NCBI RefSeq assembly: GCF_018350175.1
Contig: NC_058368.1
Span: 159,652,001 to 159,716,000, forward strand
From: Felis catus
Lineage: Eukaryota
Length of the DNA: 64,000 bases
Reading direction: 5' to 3'
In this document: positions 38,290-50,010 of the stretch, one piece after another
Layout of the letters: each line of letters begins with the position of its first letter
How positions within the stretch are numbered: the first letter of the stretch is position 1
Notes under the pieces: model-generated
What the model was told of the DNA's origin: nothing
The model's input: only the letters and a program-made list of their open reading frames with translations
Databases searched by the model: none
Program-made: the position numbers and the translations under genes

Positions 38290-38342
<53 letters not shown>

Positions 38343-38347
38343 CTTAG

Positions 38348-38392
<45 letters not shown>

Positions 38393-41300
38393 TCTTCTTT
38401 ATCCATTCATTAATCAATAGACACTTGGGCTGCTTCCATATCTTGGCTATTGTAAAGCTGCTATAAACATAGGGGTGCATGTATCCCTTTAAATTAGTGT
38501 TTTTGTATTCTTTGGGTAAATACAGAGTAGTGTGATTACTGGATCATAGGGTAGTTCTATTTTTAACTTTTTGAGAACCCCCCCATACTGTTTTCCACAG
38601 TGGCTACATCAGTTTGCATTCCCACCAACAATGCAAGAGGGTTCCTTTTTCTCTATATCCTCCCCAATACCTGTTGTTTCTTATTTGTTGATTTTAGCCA
38701 TTCTGACATGTGTGAGATGATATCTCATTGTAGTTTTGATTTGCATTTCACCGATGGTCTGTTCATGTCTTCTGTCCATTTTTTAATTTAATTATTTATT
38801 TTGTGGGTATTGAGTTTGATAGGTTCTTTATACATTTTTAATACTAACCCCTTTATCAAATATGTCATTTGCAAATATAATCTCCCATTCCATAGGTTGC
38901 CTTTTAGTTTTATTGATTGTTTCCTTTGCTGTGCAGAAAATTTTTATTTTGATGAAGTCCAATTAGTTTATTTTTGTTTTTGTTTCCCTTGCCTCAGGAG
39001 ACACATCTATAAAGAAGTTGCTATGGCAGATGTCAAAGAAGTTACTTCCTATGTTCTCTTCAAGGATTTTTATGGTTTTATGTCTCACATTTAGGTCCTT
39101 ATTCCATTTTGAGCTTGTTTTTGTGCATGGTGTGAGAAAGTGGTCCAGTTTTTGGGGTTTGTTTTGTTTTGTTTTGTTTTTTTGTGTTTCTATCCTTCTT
39201 TCCTAGAACTATTTGTTTAAGAGACTGTCTTTTTCTCACTGGATATTCTTTCTTCCTTTGTCAAAGATTAATTGACCATACAAGCATGGGTTTATTTTTG
39301 GGCTCTGTATTCTATTCCATTGATTCATGTGTCTATATTTGTGCCAGTACCATTATGTTTTGATTACTACAGCAAGTAAATATTGTACTATATCTTGAAA
39401 TCTGGGGTTATGGTATTTCCAGTGTTGTTCTTCTTTTTCAGGATTGCTTTGGCTATTTGGGGTCTTTTGCAGTTCCATGTAAATTATAGGATTATTTGTT
39501 CCAGTTCTGTGAAAAATGCTAATGGCATTTTGATAGGAATTGCATTAAACCTGTAGACTGCTTTGGATAGTATAAACATTTTAACAATATTTGTTCTTCT
39601 AATCCATGAACATGGAATATCTTTCCATTTGTTTGTCATTTTCAATTTCTTTCATCAGTGTTTTATAATTCTCAGAGTGCAGCTTTTTCCACCTCCTTGA
39701 TTAAGGTTATTTCTAGGTATTTTATTTTTTTGGTGTAATTGTAACCGGAATTCTTTCTTTAATTTCTTTTTCTGCTATTTTATTATTTGTGTATAGAAAT
39801 GCAACAGATTTCTGTATGCTGATTTTGTATCCTGCATCCTTACTGAATTCATTTATCATTGTTAGTATTTTTTTCATGGAGTCTTTAGGGTTTTCTATAT
39901 AGTATCATGTCATCTGCAAGTAGTGAAAGTTTTACTTCTTCCTCACCAATTTGGATGCCTTTTATTTCTTTTTCTTTTCTGATAGCTGGACCAGGACTAG
40001 ATGGCTAGGACTTCCAGTATTATGTGGAATAAAAGTGATAACAGTAGGCATCCTTGTCTCTCAGTTTTTCCCCATTCAGCATGTTTGCTGTGAGATTTTC
40101 ATATATGTTTTTCCTTATTATGTTGAGGTATGTCCCTCTAAACCTACTTTGTTGAGGCTTTTTATCATGAATGGATGTTGTACTTTCTCAAGTATTTTTT
40201 CTGCATTATTGAAATGATCATATGGTTTTTATCATTTTTCTTATTGACATGTTATATCATATTGATTGATTTGCAAATATTGAACCACCTTTGCATCCTG
40301 GGAATAAACCCCATTTGATTGTGGTGAATGATTTTTTTATTGTGTTGTTGGATTCAATTTTCTAATATTTTGTTGAGGATTTTTGCATCTATGTTTATCA
40401 GAGATACTGACCTGTAGTTCTCTTTTTTTGTGGTGTCTTTATCTGGTTTTGGTATCAAGGTAATGCTGGCCTCATAGAATGAATTTGGAAGTTTTCTCTC
40501 CTCTTCTATTTTTTGGAATAGTTTGAGAAGAATAGGTATTAACTCTTCTTTAAATGTTTGGTAGAATTCACCCATGAAGCCATCTGGTCCTGGACTTTTG
40601 TTTTTTGTTTTTTGATTACTGATTCAATTTCATTGCTGGTAATTGGTCTGTTCAAACTTTCTATTTCTTCCAGAGTCAGTTTTGTAAAGTTATGTGTTTC
40701 TAGGAATTTATCTATCTTCTGGGTTCTCCAATTTGTTGGCACATAATTTATTCATATAAAATTTTCTTATAATCCTTTATATTTCTGTGGTGTCAATTGT
40801 TATTTTTCTGCTTTCACTTATAATTTTATTTATTTGAGTCCCCCACTCTTTTTGATGAGTCTGACTAAAGATTATCATTTTTTTTTATCTTTTCAAAGAA
40901 CGAGCTCCTGGTTTCATTGATCTGTTCTACTGTTTTTTTTAGTTTATGTTTTATTTCCACTCTAATATTTATTATTTCCTCTTTCTACTGGTTTGGGGTT
41001 TTGTTTGTTCTTTTTCTAACTCCTTTAGGTGTAAGTGTAAGTTGATTTATTTGAGATTTTTCTTGCTTCGTGAGGTAGACCGGTATTGCTATAAACTTGC
41101 CTCTTAGAACAGCTTCTGCTGTATCCCAAACATTTTGGACTGTTGTGTTTTCATTTTCATTTGTCTGTATGTATTTTTTTAATTTCTTGTTTGATTTCTT
41201 GGTTTACCTATTCATTGTTTTGTGGCATGTTATTTAACCTCTATTTATTTGGGTTCTTTCTAGGCTTTTGTGGTTGACTTCAAGTTTCATTGTGTTGTAG

Positions 41301-42534
41301 TTAGAAAAGATACATGATATAACTTCTATCTTTTTTAATTTGTTGAGAGCTTATTTTGTGGTCTAATATGTGATCTATTCTGGAGAATGTCCGATGTGCA
41401 CTTTAAAAGAATGTGTATTATGCTGTTTTAGGATAGAATGTTTGTACTATATATCTTAGGTCCATATGCTCCAGTTTGTCATTCAAAGTCACTGTTTCCT
41501 TGTTGATGTTCTATTTGGATGGTCTATCCATTGATGTAAATGGGGTGTCCATGTTCCCTACTATTATTGTATCACTATCAATTACTTCCTTTATGTTTGT
41601 TGTTAACTGCTTTATGTATTTGGGTGCCTTCATGTTGGGTTCATAAATATGTACAATTGTTTTATCTTCTTGTTGGATTGTTCCCATTATGATTATAGTG
41701 TTCTTCTGTGTCTCTGGTTACAATCTTTGTTTTAAAATCTACTTTGTCCAATATAAGTATTGCCACCCCAGCTTTCTTTTTACTTCCATTTGCATGGTAA
41801 ATGCTTTGCATCCCTTTCAATCTGTGTGTGTCTTTGGGTCTGAAGTGAGTCTTTTGTAAGCAGCATATAGATGACTCTTGCTTTTTTATCCATTGAGTCA
41901 CCCTATGTCTTTTGTTTGGAGAATTTAGTCAATTTACATTGCAAGTAATAATTGATAGGGATGTATTGATTGTCCCTTTGTTACTTGTTTTATGGTTGTT
42001 TTTGCAGTTCTCTGTTCCTTTGTTCTTTTTCTCTCTTCTCTCATAGTTTGCTGGCTTTCTTTAGTGAGATACTTGGATTCCTTTCTCTTTATTTTTTGCC
42101 TATCTATTACTGATTTTTGATCTGTGGTTATCATTAGGTGTATATATAATATCTTATGCTTATAGCAGCCTATATTAAAATTTATGGTCACTTAAGTTTG
42201 AACCCATTCTTTACTCCTCTCTCTGTCCCCCCAAGTTTTAGGTATGTGGTGTAATACTTTACATTCTTTTATTTTTTTAATCCTTTGACTGATTTTTATA
42301 GGTATTCTTACACCTGAGGCATATTTCCCTCTTGGGGATAGTCCCACGGGTCTGTTTAGCTACCAACTACATCTCTGCCCTTCCTACCCTCTTAAATATG
42401 GTCTCTTCTGTACATTTGGCTGTGGAGAGTCTGTTCTGCCAGTTTTCTGAGCATTTCTTGGGGCATTTATACTGATATGAGTGTTACCTAGTTGCAGCCA
42501 TGGGACAAGGTCCTCCTACTCCACCATCTTCCCC
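38260..42534 (-). mobile_element. L1 (L1MA9/old carnivore-like): most of ORF2, inter-ORF and the 5' tip; ORF1 and 3'UTR missing
   Basis: Track ORFs [25 protein letters not shown]...[18 protein letters not shown] (40354-40575) and ICCLQKTH...KKKAGVAILI (41662-41901); ADDMI motif near 39903-39920; 5' end ...ctcctactccaccatcttcccc. Confidence 0.95.
38291..38389. repeat. (TAGA)n plus (TA)n microsatellites inside L1
   Basis: TAGA run 38291-38340 and TA run 38350-38389. Confidence 0.98.
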
Positions 42535-43347
42535 AGATGTCCAGTCCCACTACTGAGTTCTTGTTTGCATATTGTGCCTCTCAGTTTGACTATTTCCAGT
42601 TGATTCATTTTGCAGATTCAAATTCTCTAATAAAATTGTTTTGTTTTGTTTTTTACCTTTTCTTCTTTTTTATCTCTTTCTGTTTCTTGAACCTATGAGT
42701 CATCATTACTCTAAAGTCCTTATCTACTAATTACAATATCTGGGTTATTTTGAGTCTGTTTTATTTTCCATTTTTTCTCTTGATTTTAATTCATAACATT
42801 CAAGTCCTCATTGACTGAACAGAGAGAGTTGAGCTGGGTTTTCAGCTTTGGAAAGATTTAATATAATTCTGTTCTTAGGATATAGTCCTGCAGGGCTATC
42901 ATCTGATAGTGTGGTGCATTTGCTGTGACCTCTCTCCCTGGAAAGTCTAAAATTCTAATTAATCATTGTCTGCTTGACAGTAGAGACTAACACAAGTTTT
43001 GCTCTACTTTTTAGAGTTCTTTGCTTGTGTTTTTAGCCTCAATAATTACATAGTTTCAGAATTTGGTAAATAACTTGAGATCGAAACAGCTCTGTATTTG
43101 AAGCTCCTCTAATCTCCAATTTTATCACTCTATATTTCAGTCTACCAGAAGCTCTGCTGGTTTTTCTGACATCAATTTTCTGTCTGTGCATAACCAGTGT
43201 ATTCATCTTTGTGCCTACACTAAGAATTATCATATGCACACAGCTATAGAATACAGAATATCGGACTTTTCTCTCCATTATTTTCCCTTTTTTTGAGTAT
43301 TAACTCTTCTAGTTCCTGTTCCTTCAGCAGTTCTCATATGCCTTTAA

Positions 43348-43549
43348 AAAAATATTTTTTAATCTTTATTTATTTTTGAGAGGGATAGAAAAACAGAATG
43401 TGAGCAGGGGAGGAACAGAGAGAGAGGAAAGCAAGCTCCAGGCTCCAAGGTGTCAGCACAGAGGCCAACATGGGGCTTGAACTCACAAACTGTGAGATCA
43501 TGACCTGAGCCAAAGTCAGACTTAACTGACTGAGCCACCCAAGCACCCC
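43348..43549 (-). mobile_element. Can-SINE (tandem pair, left)
   Basis: TSD tca(t/g)atgcctttaa at 43334-43347 and 43550-43563. Confidence 0.95.
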
Positions 43550-43569
43550 TCAGATGCCTTTAATAGATT

Positions 43570-43756
43570 AATTTTTTGAATTTGTTTAAGTTTTTATTTT
43601 ATTTTTGAGAGAGACAGAGAGAGAGAGACAGAATCTGAAACAGGTTCTAACTCGAGCTGTCAGCACAGAGCTGATGCAGGGCTCAAACCCACGAACCTCA
43701 AGATCATGACCTGAGCCAAAGTGGGATGCTCAACTTACTGAGTGACCTAGATGCCA
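43570..43756 (-). mobile_element. Can-SINE (tandem pair, right)
   Basis: TSD cctttaatagatt at 43557-43569 and 43757-43769. Confidence 0.95.
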
Positions 43757-44098
43757 CCTTTAATAGATTGATTTATATTTGATTTGTTCACTTAGTTAGT
43801 TTTTGTTTTATATTTTATCCATTCACCCTAGCCTTGGTTGGCCACAGCCATTCCATTCTACCCAATAGCTTTTAATTTTACGTTTGGTTATTTAAGTAGT
43901 TTTTCATCCCCACTTTCACTGAAAGAACATTGCCTAACATTTTTGTAAACAAAAAAAGGTAAATATTCAGTTTATTTGTAGGCACAAGAGGATCTGTTTC
44001 TATTTAAAATGTTTTCCTTTTCATTCACATATTTTCTTAATTAACAGGTCTATTTTTAATTGTGAACATATCAAATGAGTTAGAAACATTTGAGAATA

Positions 44099-44844
44099 CA
44101 GTAAAACCTTGGTTTGCAAGCATAATTCATTCTGGAAACATGCTTGTAATCCAAATCACTTGTATATAAAGCAAATTTCCCCTTAAGAAATTATAGAAAC
44201 TCAGATGATTCATTCCACAACCCAAAAATATTCACATAAAAAGATTACCATACTGTAATGCAATACAAAATAATAAAGAAAAATAAACAGATTAACCTGC
44301 ACTTACCTTTGAAAACTTTTGTGGCTGGTGTGAGGGAGACAAGAGAGAGGAGGGTTATTGTGTAGGACAACTTTCACTATCACTAACAGAATCACTGCTA
44401 TCTATTGGCTCAACAGAATCTTTTTCTTTTCATGCAACTTAAACAGGGAACCCATCCACTGACAGTTGCTTTTGCCTCCTTTTGAGGATTTTTGTGGAAA
44501 TATGACATTGCATTGTTGTTAAACAGATTCATTGCTTGCACTGCTACAGCCTTATTTGAGTGGTGCTTTTCTACAAAATTTGTGCTGTTTCCCACATTTT
44601 ACAAATCTTCGTAATCTCATTTAAAGTGAGGAATTCCTCCGCCTTTTTCTCCTCCTTCTTTGTAGCAAGAGAGAGAGAGAGAGAGAAGAACCGTTGGCTC
44701 AGATGTGATCATGTGATAGTTGGTGTCATGTACTACTCATATTTCAAGACATCACTCATTTATTAAGTTGAAATTTATTAGAAATGTTTTTTCATCTTGC
44801 AGAACACTCGCAGAACAAGTTACTCACAATCCAAGGTTTTATTG
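44099..44844 (-). mobile_element. TcMar-Tigger/pogo-type internally deleted DNA transposon
   Basis: TA-flanked ~22-bp TIRs (cagtaaaaccttggtttgcaag; right end reads caataaaaccttggattgtgag on the minus strand); minus-strand transposase tail NFVEKHHSNKAVAVQAMNLFNNNAMSYFH, frameshifting to KILKRRQKQLSVDGF. Confidence 0.9.
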
Positions 44845-46049
44845 TATTGACTTTACTGTCAAAATTTTACGTGTTCTACATTTTTTAATGTGGCTGAAGA
44901 TCAACTTGTAGTTGCATTTTTGACAGCATTATATTCAAGAATCTAGTCAATTAGACCATAATGAGATATAATTAATTTATAATGAAAACATGCAAATCAA
45001 AAAAATCAGCAGAAACATTAGTAAACATTGTCTCAAGAATTGAGACAAAATGGCAAACTGCTAATAATTATTATTTCTAAATCGGCAGTATGAAATATTC
45101 CTTTCAGAACAATCAAAAGAAATAGAATGATTCTAGGCCAGCTAGAATTTTCTAGGTTGACAGATCACTACTGCATGAATTTTTTTTTCTATCAAGAGAA
45201 AGGTAAAATCTTAAGTTATCCTTCAGTCTCATGACCTATTATAAATAATCATGCTTCATTCCAAAAAAGATTCTGGATAACTTACATTAATAGAGACTAA
45301 AAGTGCATTTTGAAAGAGTAAAATCTATTAAGGCAAAGAAGAAAAGGCAGATAATTAGATAAAACTAGGAGGAAGTGATGCAGGCTCTAAGGATCATGCT
45401 TTATTCAGACAAAAAACACACAGGTTTTATTTATTCTTCTCTTCATCCTTTACGGTATTATTGAATTAATGAATGGAAGTAGACCTAATGCTCATGGTTA
45501 ATTTCCTACAGTTTGAAAAAAGAGATTCCTCAATAGATTGGCAGGTGCTCTTTATGATTACTTCCAACATTACAATTCTGTGAAGCAGGCAACTCGGAAG
45601 GCAAGTGCAATTATCACCTATCTATGAAATGTGGTACGAAGAAAGACTTTCTGTTCCAAATAGCTTTCTTCTACTCCAAAATTTCCTTTTCCCCAGACGT
45701 GGTCTACACTGTGCAAGCCATCTACTATTTAGTGATTCATAAAACCTAAATTGAGAAGCAGGAGATTAAGAGAATTAAGATCCCTGCTAAATGCATACCT
45801 TTGATTTAGAAAGATAAAGCTCATTACCAATTTAGCACTGTTATTTATTAACTTTAATTCAAATGAGATGCTTCCTGACTCTACGCTACCAATTTCAATT
45901 ACTTCAGTGAGCTACTGACAAGCCCAGTGCAATGGATTATATAAGTACCTACTCATCACTTCCAACCAGTTGAAACATCTTAAAAATGCGATTAAATATT
46001 TCACTATGATCCATTATTTTGACGAAGGTATTAAAAATGTTTAGTCATA

Positions 46050-46240
46050 GGGGCACCTGGGTGGCTCAGTTGGTTAAACATCTGCCATCAGCTCAGGTCA
46101 TGATCTCACAGTTTCTGAGTTCGATCCCCACATTGGGCTCTTTGCTGTCCATGCAGAGCCTGCTTTGATCTTCTGTCCTTCTCTCTTTCTGCCCCTCTCC
46201 CCACTTGCACACTCCCTCTCTCTCTCTCTCTCAAAAAAAA
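46050..46240 (+). mobile_element. Can-SINE
   Basis: Typical head and body; TSD aaaaatgtttag(t)cat on both sides. Confidence 0.96.
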
Positions 46241-46309
46241 AAAATGTTTAGCATTTATCCCTGTATGAATCTCTACAAAGGTTAGTAATAGACTCAATAT
46301 TTTCTGACT

Positions 46310-46715
46310 CTTCAGATTGATGTGGTATATTATATTCAATTTGGGGCGTTATATTTTAAGGAGACTATGAAAAACTAAAGTATAAACTGAGGAAAGTGGT
46401 AAGGAGAATAAGTAAAAATGTGACTAAAAATATTGAAAAGATTGAAGATGGCAAAAAATGAAACATTTGTGAAAATAATCACTATCACCAATAGTTAAAG
46501 ATAATCTTTTGGCAGAAGAAATTTATTTCTCTCTGCTCTTCTACAGACAAATGAAAGAATAAAGTTGAATAAATGAAAATAAAAAATATTCATTTTCTAA
46601 CAATTTTAAAGCATTTTAAAACCATATAGAACCTTCTAACAAGGGAAAGGGTTGCTTTATAAAGCAATGCCCTTCTTGTCATTGAAAGTATTCAAGCAGA
46701 GTCTGAATTATCATC
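46310..46715 (+). mobile_element. L3/CR1 3'-region fragment
   Basis: ttcaatttggggcgttatattttaaggagact...aaactaaag and ccttcttgtcattgaaagtattcaagcagagtctg resemble L3 blocks. Confidence 0.6.
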
Positions 46716-46723
46716 CATTCCAT

Positions 46724-46960
46724 GATTCATTCATTTAATAAATATTCATGGAGGGCTTATTATGCTGTGCTGAGGGCACTGTGCTGAGACTACAGGAAAG
46801 GCAAAGATGAATCAGACTGAATTCTTCCCCAGTAGTGGAGCTACGACTTGAACTGAATAATTAGAATACAAGGTAAGAAAGGAAAAGTGCCCTAGGAGAC
46901 ATACAGATAATTTTGTATAGGAATGCAAAGGAAGGAGGCATGACTTTCAGTTCGTGGATA
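46724..46960 (-). mobile_element. L2 3'-end fragment
   Basis: ttcattcatttaataaatatt...ggcactgtgct...caaagatgaatcagac. Confidence 0.7.
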
Positions 46961-46979
46961 TTGGACGAGTATTCTCCTC

Positions 46980-47592
46980 TACAATCCATTCTCCACAGAG
47001 CAGCAGAAAATCAGTTCATATTACATTTATGATCAAAACTCTTCAACAGGTTTTCATTGCACATATTATAAACCCAGAGCTATCATGTTAGCTTCTAAGG
47101 TCAGATGTGATCTGGCTTCTGCCTCTATTCTCTCCCTCATGTGCCCTAGCCAGAGCAGTGTTTCTGTTTCTCGAACATACCAAGCTCACTCATCCTCAAG
47201 CTTTTCCATTTGTCAGTTCATCTGCTGAATGCTCTGCTCCCAGACTTTGGTTTGGTGGACACTGTCCTATTTTCCACCTTCTAGCTCCCATGTCACTTCC
47301 TCCATGAGGCCATCCTTGAGCACTCCAGCTAAATTAGCCGAAGGTACCTTCCTTTACCCTCCATCTCTCCATAACTATCATCATTTTATTTGCTTCCTAG
47401 CACTATCAAAATCTGAAATTGTCCTTTCTCTTGCCCATGGATTTATAAATTGTCTATCATCTGTCTTTCTCAACTAGAATGTGACAAGAGTAAGGATTTG
47501 TCTGGCTTACTTGCCGTTGTGTCTCCAGATTAGAACAATACCTAACACATCACCAGCATGCAATAAATAATTCTTGAAGATTTACTGAATAA
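46980..47592 (+). mobile_element. L2a-like 3' fragment
   Basis: caatccattctccacagagcagcag, ctgtttctcgaacataccaagctc, caactagaatgtga, caataaataattcttgaa. Confidence 0.82.
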
Positions 47593-47940
47593 AGAGTTTT
47601 CTGCACAGGGCAAGAGTTTAGACAAGAATATTTAACTCCTTCCAACTCTAATATCTTATAAGATCAATTTTCCATGCTAATTCCTTTCAGCTGGATTAAT
47701 CATTTTGTCACACCTGGGTTTTGGGTCATTGTTTTTCTCTTGCTCAACAGACACTGTCTTCAACTGTCAGCTTACATGAATGCATGTGTTTAGGTGATTC
47801 ACTTCTAACTCTTTCTAAATCATGATTAACCTTTTAAAAATAAATTCCTAAAATCTCGACTAACCAGTCATACTCTTCACATGTTTTTTCAATATTATTT
47901 TGTACTTTCTTCTAGTTGATAGATGTTGGGTTGCCTGTGC

Positions 47941-48511
47941 CAGTGTTAGCTAATTGAAATAAAATGCATACCACATATGTCATTTCTCAGTAGCCCCACT
48001 AAAACAAGGTAAAAAGAAATAAGTGAATTTAATTTTAAAAATGTATATATGTTTAAAGTTTATTTATTTATTTTGAGCTAGAGGGAGCATGGGAGAGGGG
48101 CAGGGAGGGAGAATCTTAAGCAGGCTCCGCACTGACAGCACAGAGCCCGAAGTGGGGCTCAAACTCACAAACCGATGCGATCGTGACCTGTGTTGAAATC
48201 ATGAGTCGGAGGCTTAACTGACTGAGCCGCCCAGGTGCCCCAAATTTTAATAATATATTTTAATTTAATTTATCCTAATATATCTAAAATATTATTTTAA
48301 CATGCAACAATATAAAAATTATTCCTGAGATATTATACATATAAAAAAAGTTGTGTTTAACGATAAATTATTTTATACTGCTTGCGTATTAAAATTTAAA
48401 GTAATTCAAATTAAATAAAATTGAATATTCAGTTCCTCAAACACACTAGCCATGTTTCAAATGCTCAGTTAACCAAATATGGCTAGTGGCTACAAAGAGG
48501 TCAGCGTACTG
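47941..48511 (+). mobile_element. MER33/Charlie1-derived hAT element, interrupted by a SINE
   Basis: ccacatatgt...agtagcc...gtaaaaagaaa...aattttaataatatatttt (MER33-like) and right end ttcagttcctc...cactagccatgtttcaaatgctca...tggctagtggctac. Confidence 0.8.
48039..48241 (-). mobile_element. Can-SINE inside the MER33-like element
   Basis: TSD aattttaa at 48031-48038 and 48243-48250. Confidence 0.95.
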
Positions 48512-49556
48512 CTACACAGCTATGGTAGGTGCACTGGTGCAGGAACTGTCTCTTTGGCAAGTACTTCATTTGCTGGACAGGTAAATTAATGAATAATATG
48601 CTGTTTAATTTTTAATAAACAAATGGTAACACAGAAATTAATCAGTTGCACTGTTTCTCCAAATATGTGTTTAATTACTGGTTTTGCTGGGAAATGTCAT
48701 CAACAATAGCAAAAACAGCACTAGAAAATAAAAATACTAGCGTAATTAATGAACGTCGTGAGAGTATGCTGTTGTAAAAACAAGTGTTTCATATGCCTTA
48801 GGCAAATTTAGTCACAGGGAGAGTTAATTCAGGGCTGTCCTAAGTGTGTCAAGATTCTGATTCCTTCCTTAAACGTGCTGAGAGCTCTGTTAAACACAGG
48901 CAGAGCAGCGGCTGGAGAAAGGCTACCTCCAAACGCTTGTGATAAGAGGAAGCTATTACCACTCATGCAGCCTTGCATTCACGTGCGCCTCTGCTGTAAA
49001 AACCAAATCATAAAATAAATCAATAAATTCATACACACATACATGTATACATCAGTAGAAGAGGAAATGAAGAAAAAGAAGCTCTTAGCTTCCCTAGTGA
49101 AGAGGTAAGCCCTGGTCAGAAAGAGATTCTTACTCTCCTCTGAGGCTCCCCTCAGATGTAAAGATGTGTGAGTGCACAATTAATGTGAGATTATTCATGG
49201 AGGAAAGAAGAGGTGGAGAGGGAGCTACAGAATCACACCAGATTAGTGGCCTCAAATACATGTAACCTGAATCCGACTGAAAGGGAAAACTGTGTTCCTG
49301 CCCATGCCACTGGGATAGAATTTACCCAGTACCAATATGCAACACAACTGAACTCTCTTTGATGGATTTTTTTTTTGCTATTTAAAATTTAAAAATTATC
49401 TAAAAAATGAAGAGGAAGACAGATTAATCAGGACACACAAGCCATAGCCCATTAGGAAAGGAAGAGAGCAAAATAAAATGTTAGCTAGCCTTAGAGAAAA
49501 TAGATTGAAATGACAAAATCACCTCAGACAAAAAATACACATCAAAAAAGATTTTA

Positions 49557-49763
49557 TTTTATATTTTGAAAGGTTTATTTATTTTTGAGAGACAGTGCAC
49601 AAGCCATGGAGGGGCAGAGAGAGAGGGCAACAGACGATCCGAAGTTGGCTCTGTGCTGACAGCAGCGAGACTGAGCCCAATGCAGGGCTCCAACTCAGCA
49701 ATGACAAGATCATGACCTAAGCCGAAGTTGGTTACTCAACTGCCTGAGCCACCCAGGCGCCCC
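49557..49763 (-). mobile_element. Can-SINE (left arm of inverted pair)
   Basis: Head ...gagccacccaggcgcccc ends at 49763; degenerate TSD aaaaaagatttta / ataaaatatttta. Confidence 0.95.
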
Positions 49764-49781
49764 ATAAAATATTTTAAAACA

Positions 49782-50010
49782 GGGGCACCTGGGTGGCTCA
49801 GTCATGAGCCAGTTAACCATCTGACTCTAGATTTCAGCTCAGGTTGGTGAGATTTTAACCTCACCATTGGTGAGATCCAGCACCTCATCCATCAGGCTCT
49901 GCACTGACAACAGGAGCCTGCTTGGGATTCTTTCTCCTTTCTCTCTGTCTGCCCCTCCCCAACTCGTTCGTGTTCCCTATCTCTCTCAAACTAAATAAGT
50001 AAACTTAAAA
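49782..50010 (+). mobile_element. Can-SINE (right arm of inverted pair)
   Basis: Perfect 16-bp TSD aaaatattttaaaaca at 49766-49781 and 50011-50026. Confidence 0.95.

Noticed and set aside
48560..48830. Cluster of TAAT/ATTA homeodomain-like motifs
   Set aside because: Expected frequently in this AT-rich background; no independent support.
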